A DNA stretch of 62,529 bases, filler included, from Trichosphaerium sp. ATCC 40318 (taxonomy: Eukaryota > Protista > Tubulinea), in the NCBI GenBank assembly GCA_038496445.1. It is 3 parts of 3 records of this genome, joined end to end, with 100 filler letters (N's around TTAATTAATTAA, not from the genome) between each part and the next. Parts side by side here need not be neighbours in the genome. Positions count along the whole stretch, not along the records: positions 53,337 to 62,529 come from JALMLS010000586.1; 2 more parts are not named here. One strand, 5' to 3'. Positions within the stretch are counted from its first letter, which is position 1; every line of letters begins with the position of its first letter. Made by a program: the position numbers and the translations under genes. Under the pieces are notes generated by a model. It searched no databases, had not been told where the DNA came from, and worked only from the letters and a program-made list of their open reading frames with translations. Below, piece by piece: positions 53,337 through 62,529 of the stretch.

Positions 53337-56300
53337 AAAACACCGCCGCGATGTTGGTAGAAGCAACTAGATTTGTGTCAGTGGCATACATGCTGAGATA
53401 GCCATTTTTGGGGGTTAGGGTTAGGGTTTTATATTATGGCTTATTATCGCCTAATTTAGTAAGTTTACATGCTGTACATGCCAAAAACTTCCTTATTAAG
53501 ACGAATTGTCCAAAAACTTCCAAATTTAGACGTTTATGACTGCCAAAAACTTCCAAATAAGGAACGAATTTCCAAAAAAAGTAAGTTTTGGCAACTTTTA
53601 CTTTTACAGGCTTGTAAGTGGCCATGTAGTATTTTAAACATGATATTGATGTTATATGCCAGTAGTATGCATGTTTTAAAGTATAAAAATACATATTATA
53701 TATAAAAAAAAGCGCATGGGTATGCTTGGTATCAAGGCTCTCTATTTGTATTTGAAAAAAAATATAAAATATTTCAATTGATGGCTAATATATAACAGTA
53801 ATCAAGTTGTATGCTTTAATTAATTGATTTTATTTGTAAAAGATAAAAAACAAGGAAAGATAATATAAAAAAATGGTTATTTGGTTGGTTGAAGGGGGAG
53901 GATGTAGAGTTTTTGTTTAAAACTTTATAAATAAATAAAAATATTGTAATAAATATGATATATTTTGGTTGTAATATCTCAAATCTAAAAATAAATACTA
54001 TTTTTGGAAACTACATTAAATTTAGCATATTATAGATACATAATTTATAAAAGGACCTTGTAAACCATTCTAACTTCCTCCACCAACTAATAACAACTGC
54101 CAAATGACATTACAAATTATCAAGTCTTGAGATATTTTGAAAAATAATTATTAGTTAGAATTTAGACTTTAAATATTTTATCATATCTCAGCTTCATGGC
54201 CATCCATATCAACAAACAAACCATCTTTGTAATGCTTGTAATCTAATCTATTTAATTAAAGTATTGGTTATTTGATATAAAGTAAGGTTTGAAAAGGGGT
54301 GGGTTGAGAACTAAATACCTAAAAATATTGTTCAAAGGCCATCAAGTATCTTCAATTACTTTAAAACCATGTTACATGTTAGTGTATAAGGAGCAAAAAA
54401 CGAAATTGGCTTAAGTGATATGATAAGGTATGTAGTAATGTATGGTTCAAATTAACCTTTCACTTGAAATAAATACACAATTATTTCGTCGAAAAATATT
54501 CGCCGAAGCCAGCTAAGGGCTTAAGTGGGTTTGGTGAATAATCATTTAATGTCAATACAATCTTAGCCCTAACCCTAGCTCAAGAGTAGTCAATTGTAAA
54601 CTTGTAAGGAAAAAAATACACAATGTCAACACAACCCTAGCATAATTTTATGTGTGTATTTAATGCAACATAGTATAGGATGAAGTGCCATATTAATTCA
54701 AGCACAAAAATGCCTTCAGCATTTCTGCACCTACCTGCGATGGCCCGTACAGGACGATATTCGGCGAATAAAAATCACATAGTCCCTAACCCTAATCACA
54801 CGAAGATTTGTGATTAGCTTGCAAAATTGGCCTAAATTAGGGCTATGCCATACAGCTACCGCCATAAGTAAAGGCAGCCAACATATTTCAGGCCAAATCC
54901 CAAAAAATTCCAAAAATCTATTATGGCATGTAGGTAAAAAATTCTTACATCATCTTGCTTGCCATACTTTCATGCATAAATCTAAATTGGTCAATATGAA
55001 TTTGGGGACAAAAAGTATCTTGGGGTATGGTGGTGAGCCATCCAAAATCAAAAAAATATTTTCAATTTTCACAATTCACCAGTTTTGAATCGCATATATG
55101 CCACCCACCAAAATACACGTTTGTACCATGATATACGCTAAATATTATGACCACACGCAAAATTAGCGCCCTTTTCATAATGCACATGGTCGTGACTACA
55201 TGCAAAAACGTGTTGAAAGAAAAGATGAAAGCAACATATGTATTAATAACTTTACATGGTGAGCACATATGGCAATATCGTTGGTCACATCATAATCTAT
55301 GACTAAAATTACATACAAATACATATTTAAGGTTGACATAGGCATTATTGTAATCAAGGCCCCCATACAAACTTCTATTGAATGAAAATCAGCTGGATTT
55401 TGGCTGCCAAAAGCAAAAAAAAAGCCCCAAAAATGGCTATCTCAGCATGTATGCCACCGACACAAATCTAGTTGCTTCTACCAACATCGCGGCGGTGTTT
55501 TACATAAGAAAAAGTATTCTATTTTTTCAAAAGGTATTCTCAAAGGTCAGAATCTGCTAAAACATTTGGCACCTCTGTAGTAGTACCCTAACACCTACCC
55601 GCAATGGCCCGTACAGGACGATATTCAACGAATAAAAATCACATAGTTCCTAACTCTACAAACCACCAGTGATTGGGTAATTTATGCCAAAGTATAGGAT
55701 ACAAAAAACGAAATTGACTTAAGGACGTTCTCTCGGATTTATATTGACAATTTTACACCTTCTTCAATGGTAATGATATTCATCTTATACACAAAACACA
55801 CTAAATAAAAGCAGCAAAACTAAATTCGGCTTTGAAAATACAGTTTAGAGTATGTATTTGCTAAAGTTTGGTTGTTTTTTGCTTGGTTAGCCCAAACTCC
55901 TTGTATTGTCTCTAAAAAACGTACTAATAAAGCATTCACACCCATTTTGGTCATGATTTCCAAATGGTTTTCTTCAAATATAAGGTTTAAAGATAATTTC
56001 TTATTGTGCAAAAGTGAAATCTTAATTTATATATTTTAAATTTTACACACACTGCGGTTGAATTGGCATTGAACTCTGATATATATTATCACACATCACT
56101 TATGTAAAGCACCATAAAACCAAAACTGAAGTTTGAATGCTGGTTTTATATTAAGAAATGACATTAAATAATCGTCTCAAAAACGTGTTCTATAGTGTGG
56201 TGAAATCATGTTTTAGAGTGTTTTCGGAAATGGGAAAGTGAGTTTTAAACAGAGGTTTTTTCCTGCTTTTTGCTAAAGGTAAACCCTCAAAAATCCGTGT

Positions 56301-59300
56301 TGAAAAAAATCAAAAAGGACTCTATATGGATAGATATAACCAGTGTACCAAAATTGGCAAATTTAAGCTTTTTTATTAATCCAAAAACAAACGGCTTAAG
56401 CGATATGATAAGGTATGCATAATGCATGGTTCAAATTAAATCCCTAAGATTATTTTATATCTCATAGTCATGAATAGATATAAAAATAAATAATATCTCA
56501 TTATGTTGCCATGTATGTATAAATATGAATTTAAATTACAGTTTACTACACATGAATAACTAAAAACTTTGTGTATATGAGAAGTGTGCATACATATTTT
56601 TTTACCAAAAAAAAAGCCAATTACAAACTCAAAATCGCTTACATCTATATAACTCATCACTATGGATACCTACAAATCAATTATTGCTTGTACCATGTTT
56701 ACATGGCCTAATAACATATATGTACACACATAAAGTAATTAAAAATACATTTGTAAATGCAGTCTCCAAACACAACTACATGGTAAAAATATTTCAAAAT
56801 TTACAAAAAAAAAAAGTTCACATGTCGCTCACAGGCCATGTAGTGTACGAATATCATTTTCGATGCTGCACATCATAATAATACATGCCTGTGCCTAATG
56901 GCACAGCCATGAAAGTAGCAAAATCTAATAAAATCGAAAAAGTAGAGGTTTAGGTAACCTTAACCCTAACCCTACATTTACCATGTTGCTATCCAAATAC
57001 AACTATATGAGGCATGTATAACAACTATGCCATATAGGATAAAAAATCACATGGTGTATGGTGGTGAGCGACCGAAAAACCCAAAAATGGCCCTGACTTT
57101 ATGTATTTCGCAAATTTCAGATCGCATATATGCCGTCCCACCATTTTGATTGCATATTCATAATCTATGGCAAATTTGGTGACTAAAAACACGGTTTCGC
57201 AATCATGAGACAATATGGCAAGAGGGGCCCTCATGCGAAAAGAAGTTGATTAAAAATAAACAATGAACGCGCATTCAAATCACCGAAAGCCATGACCATC
57301 TATGACCAAATCGTCACTTGCATCATGTAGTCAGATTATAAGCACATACAAAAAAGCTTTGTGGGGTGTTATAGATGATTTTATAACGCTGTTGTGTAAG
57401 CAATCCTTAGGCCAATGTGATTTTGCCACTAAAAAGTGCCAAAAAGCAGTAAAAATGCTGCCGAAAACGCTATCTCATTATGGAGGATACCTACAATAAT
57501 TTTGATGCCATATTTGGCTTGCAACGGCCATTTAAGGGCTAGAAACATATTTTATATTTTCATGGGGGGTGCTTGAAGCCATATTTCCACTAGAGGGCTT
57601 GTTTTCATTATAACCCTAACTCTAACCTTATATATCTAATAATCAAATATAAAAACAATTATGTATGTAATTTTAACATAAGTGGCCTTGATAGGCATAT
57701 ATACCACAAAAAAAAATAAAAAAGCTATAATTCTCAATAAAACATCTGTGTTACTGCATTAAAAACATCTATTAAATTCATGTTTCACAAGTCATCAACC
57801 ACCATGCTTGAGATCATGTATGTGCAATAAATTGCAAATATATGATATAAGTCCAACAAAATAGATGAATTACATAAACACACACCAAAAAAATTATTGG
57901 CACTATAAAAAGCTCTATGCCAATATAATTTTACACCCATGAAAACATCTCCAAATGGATAGAAAGTAGCCATATAACAAAGATATATGGCATCAAGAGG
58001 TATCATGGAGGCAAAGCTGTTTTTGGCAAAAATGGTATTTTTTTGGTTTTTATACCATAAAGTATGATTGTAGGTAGCTTCATCAAGATCATCTATGTAT
58101 ATATAGTAAATTATAAGATGATGCCATGATGTTTGTTAATAGCAAAATGAAGAATTGCACACCATAGATAATATATGGGGCCTGGTGCATCAACAAACAA
58201 TATCATCATTTTTGGCCAAAAAAGGCACAAACTCAAAATGCTTCTAAACCTTCAAATCCAACCATTATTTTTGGTTTTATATAAACTTATATAAAGCATA
58301 TAAAAGTGGCATAACATTTAAAGTAAATATTCATAGGGGGTATGGTGGACAACCACTAAAAAATGAAAAAATGGTGAAAATTTCTACATTTTCCTGATTT
58401 TGGATTGCATATATGCCACCCCATCAAATAAACTATATACCTGTTATTATTGCTATGCTAAGTACTACATATCCTCAGTCGCCATCGATCCATCATGTTG
58501 TTGGCCGTGACCATTTTTGAAAATATGTGATATAAAAGGTAAACATATAAATTAATTAAATACTATTCATGATGGATAGGTATGACAAAATAGATGAATG
58601 CATTGGATTCCTTGAGCAAAATGGCATACATGTATATGTATAAGTGAACTATAGGTGATCATGTAACTGTGGCCTCCAAACAAAGATGTGTTCAATTTTT
58701 TGCTAAAAAAATCCCATTGGAAAAATCAAAAAAAATCCAAAAATCAAAGAATGGCTCACCAAATCAACGTATACTGCTATAAAATCCTACAAACCACCAG
58801 CAATTGGATGATTTATGCCAATGTATAAGTTACAAAAAACGAAATTGGCTTAAGTGATATTATAAGGTATGTGGTAGTGCATGGTTCAAATTAAATCCCT
58901 AAAATTATTTTATATCTCATAGTCATGAATAGATATGAAAATAAATAATATCTCATTATGTTGCCATGTATGTATAAATATGAATTTAGTTTACAGTTGT
59001 TATACATGATATATTAAAATCTTTGTGTATATGAGAAGTGTGCATACATATATTTTTTGCAAAAAAAAAGCCAATTACAAACTCAAAATTGCTTACATCT
59101 ATATAACTCATCACTATAGATACCTACAAATCAATTATTGTTTGCACCATGTTTTTATGGCCTAATAACATATATGTCCATATATAAAGTACTTACAAAT
59201 ACATTTGTAAATGCAGTCTTCAAACACAACTGCATGGCAAAAAAATCTCAAAATTTACAAAAAAAACAAATTCACATGCCGCTCACGGGCCATGTAATGC

Positions 59301-61265
59301 ACGAATATCATTTTTGATGCTGCACATCATAATAATACATGCCTGTGCCTAGCGGCACAGCCATGACAGTGGCAAAATCTAATAAAATCAAAAAAGTAGA
59401 GGTTTAGGTAACCTTAACCCTAACCACTTCTATAAACACCAAAAAATGCTGTGAATGTTGCTCAAATTTAGACAAAAAATTGGCCAAAATTCCTCCCGCT
59501 TGTACTCCTTGTGTGTAATCCCTTGTGTGTGAGAAGTGGATACAGGTATGAAATGACCAGATAATTATTTGTGGTGTTATTCAGTCAATAGAGATATATA
59601 AAAGATACAAAAGTGGCATAACATTTAAAGTAAACATTCATAGAGAGGATGGTGAATTAAGGTTAAAGTTAGGGTTTAAACCCTAATGATTTTTTAAAGT
59701 CACTTGCTGATTAGGGCTAGGGTTAGGTTTTCAACCCTAAGTAAAATTAGGGTTAGGGTTTTTAAAAGTAAACTGTTGAGGATTAACCTTTTACAAACCT
59801 AAAATTTTACTGTAACTCTCTATCATTATTATATTTAGCTTTATTGGTTTACCAACAACAAAATATATCACTGTGTTTAGTATTGAAACAACATGGCCAA
59901 TTTATACACACTTCACAAAACATATTCATACCATTGTTTTTCAAGATTGAATTGATCTTACACACTCTATCAACAAAGTTATGGACAAATAGATTTTTAT
60001 TTTGTTATTATTTGAATATTTGAAAGTACAATCACATGTATAAACCATAGTCCAATTTGAGTTTGTTTTGTCATTCTGTTTTTTGCATTGTAAACAAAAT
60101 ATGGATACAAGAATAAAAATGATAAAATTCTTGGGTTGATATTTGCTGTAGTTGTGTGTCATTACATTACGCTCATCTACTAACACCCTTAACTTTGTAA
60201 GTGGTTTGAACGCTAATAAGGTTTAATATCTCTGTCGACTGAATAAGCTACAAGTCCTTTGTGAGCATTTAAACTGTCTCAATAGTTATTAGAGTGTGGT
60301 GTGATGTGTTACAGAAAGAGTAAAGCTCATATTGATAGGCACAGTGGGTGGTAGATTTTCTGTATTTCTATGAAAACTCATTTTTTTTTGTATGCCAAAC
60401 TTACTACCTCACGTGATTAATTAATGTCGCATTTTATAAGTAATTATTAATCTGTGCACCTTTGGAATACTTATGGTATGTTTAAAAGGGATTTAAACAA
60501 AAAATACAATTTAACTGCTTGAAAAGTATGTATACGCATTAGTAATGCTGTTAAGTTAATTTGTGTTGATTTATAAAACTGTAGCAATTCAAACTGTTAA
60601 AACTAACACACAATTAGTGCGAATAGAATAGCTTGATATTCTTGTGGCTAAAACCACCATTTTGGTGTTTTTTATTTTCTTAGCACCACGGCTTGTAACC
60701 CTAATTTGAATTAGGGCTGTGACACTAACCCTATTTTGTAATTAGGGTTTATTCTGCAATGACATCTTACAACAACCTACACATGCTGATCTAACAACAA
60801 AAGTATCTGTAACCCATAAGACAAGAATTTAGATCTAAACAGTTGTGTTTGAAGCTGCACATACAGTACGTTTTATATGAAACCCTACTTTGAATTAGGG
60901 TTAGACACTGTTTGGTGATTAGGGTTAGGGTTTATCCATTGTGACATCCGTGATCCATAGTTGCACTCAGTTTGATACCAACAAAAGACTTATGTATTGT
61001 ATTTATTGTACTGTTTTTGAGTTTGTTGGTACCCTTTGTACATGGGTACCTGATGAATGTGGACATTAGCAATGTCAGAAAATAAACTTCAGCTTTCTGT
61101 GAACACAAAAAAAGGCTGCGGATGCTGCTCAAATTTGAGTAAAAAATTGTCCAAAATTCCACCCGCTTGTACTCCTTGTGTGTAGTCGCTTGTGTGTGGA
61201 GAGTGGATATATGTATGAAATGACTGGCTAACTATTTGTGGTGTTATTCAGTCGATAGAGATATG
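53337..61265. repeat. non-coding mosaic of direct and inverted repeat modules with interstitial TTAGGG/CCCTAA tracts
   Basis: Inverted repeat 53337-53413/55425-55501. Direct repeats 56393-56971/58847-59425, 54728-54794/55592-55658, ~59440-59597/~61108-61263, and a three-copy module at about 55020, 57052 and 58335. Confidence 0.85.
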
Positions 61266-61628
61266 TTAGAACAGCAAATTTCTTTTACTGCAACCGTTTA
61301 CAAAGTTTATAGCATCACGTGGCACAACTCATGCAGAAATATTTGTTGTACAAATAAACGGCTGGAGTAGTTTTGCCAGAAATATTGCGCACGCACAGAA
61401 ATCGCTCTATCGGTGTAACGGAACGATACGGCAATCACTATTGTGAAAGGCGCTGTAAATTTGCTGTAGTACTGCCGGATACCTCTTTGCTTATATCCGT
61501 CGCTTGAATAATGCCGATTTTCAACGGGCTTGGTGTCTGTCCTTTTTTTTTTTGATTTGTTGCTGCACATTGACCGTTTTTTTTTTTTTTTTGGTTATTT
61601 TCAAATCCTCTCGTTTGACACAACAACA

Positions 61629-62508
61629 ATGAGCGAGTCAGACTCAGAAAGTAGCTCAGGATACTCATCCGACGAAGGGGAGAAAGAAACAACAACGTAC
61701 GAAACATACCGCCACTGTGACCCTGCAAAACGCGTGGTGACGAGCGTACCGCCACCAGCGACGAACAAGCTCACTTCTGAGGAGCTATTCGATGCTGCAA
61801 CAGATCTGCCTGACCCAGAATTACTCAAAGAACACTTAAAGCGCGAAGGCCGCGTAGCTGACGAGTGCTTCAATAAACTGATACAGAGTGTGCATGCCAT
61901 TTACCGAGAAGAACCCAACGTGTTGCAAGTACCAGCTCCTGTTACAGGTAATCCTTACTACTGCTCTTCCAGCAAAAACGCACTCAATACAAATTTTGTT
62001 TGTTTTATTTTTTTTTTTACAAATCATTATTTTGCGTACGTTTGCTCGGTATGTAGCGCTGCGCACGTCGCTTATTTAAAGAAGGCGAAAAACGCCATAA
62101 ATATCACACGCTTGTAAAAACGGCGAGATCAGCGCTGTCTCACATTTTTTTAATTACAAATCAGCGTTGCACGCTCTTTTTTATGATCTCGCCCGCATTG
62201 CCCTATTTTCTACGCTGCTAAAAAAGTAATTGAAAAAAAAAAAATCCTCACAAAACAGATTTTTTTTTTTGATTGTTGTTGCTTGCCATTGGGCTTCCCG
62301 TTCGCACAAACAGTTGCTCTTGGGGTTAGCGCTGCCACTGACGTCCATCTTTTTTAGTATGTGGTGATGTACATGGCCAATACTTCGATTTATTACAATT
62401 GTTCTCGGCTTCAATTGGTGGCGATCCAAAAGATACAACGTACCTCTTTCTGGGTGATTACGTTGACAGAGGTTACTTCTCATGCGAATGCGTCTTGTTG
62501 TTTTTCGC
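61629..62508 (+). CDS. calcineurin A (PP2B catalytic subunit), 5' part
   Basis: [32 protein letters not shown]|[12 protein letters not shown] and [17 protein letters not shown]. Confidence 0.92.
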
Positions 62509-62529
62509 GTACGTGTTTTTTTTTACATG

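Noticed and set aside
53434-61162. Short ORFs in the repeat mosaic, and a CRISPR-like interpretation of the repeats
   Set aside because: The ORFs are short, compositionally random and motif-free. The repeats are irregular, with no constant repeat-spacer period, in a eukaryotic context.

Overview
AT-rich eukaryotic genomic DNA with many short (about 40-60 nt) GT-AG introns. It is probably a protist, and amoebozoan-like by inference from gene content (34-kDa actin-bundling protein homologue, TKL kinase, calcineurin A). There are two scaffold gaps. Host genes: a DUF4139-type protein, membrane proteins, a divergent eIF1, a TKL kinase, DHX37, a WD40 protein, an ABP34-like protein, a DNRLRE-like surface protein, a decayed mucin-like gene, a vinculin/talin-like helical protein, calcineurin A and tRNA-Arg(TCG). 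Mobile DNA is abundant: a complete MULE (TIRs, 9-bp TSD), a 573-bp structured tRNA-headed SINE (16-bp TSD), a Ty3/Gypsy LTR element with a hairpin insertion immediately before its RT YVDD motif, a non-autonomous CAGGG-ended element, and a CMC(CACTA)/Plavaka-like transposase. The most notable observation is an apparently intact, intron-rich AlkB-like 2OG-Fe(II) dioxygenase gene in tandem, about 60 bp upstream of that transposase. The context includes CpG-to-TpG changes in nearby repeats and an 8-kb non-coding repeat mosaic punctuated by TTAGGG tracts. Exon boundaries and some gene ends were inferred by eye and are approximate. The assembly also appears to contain homopolymer indels.
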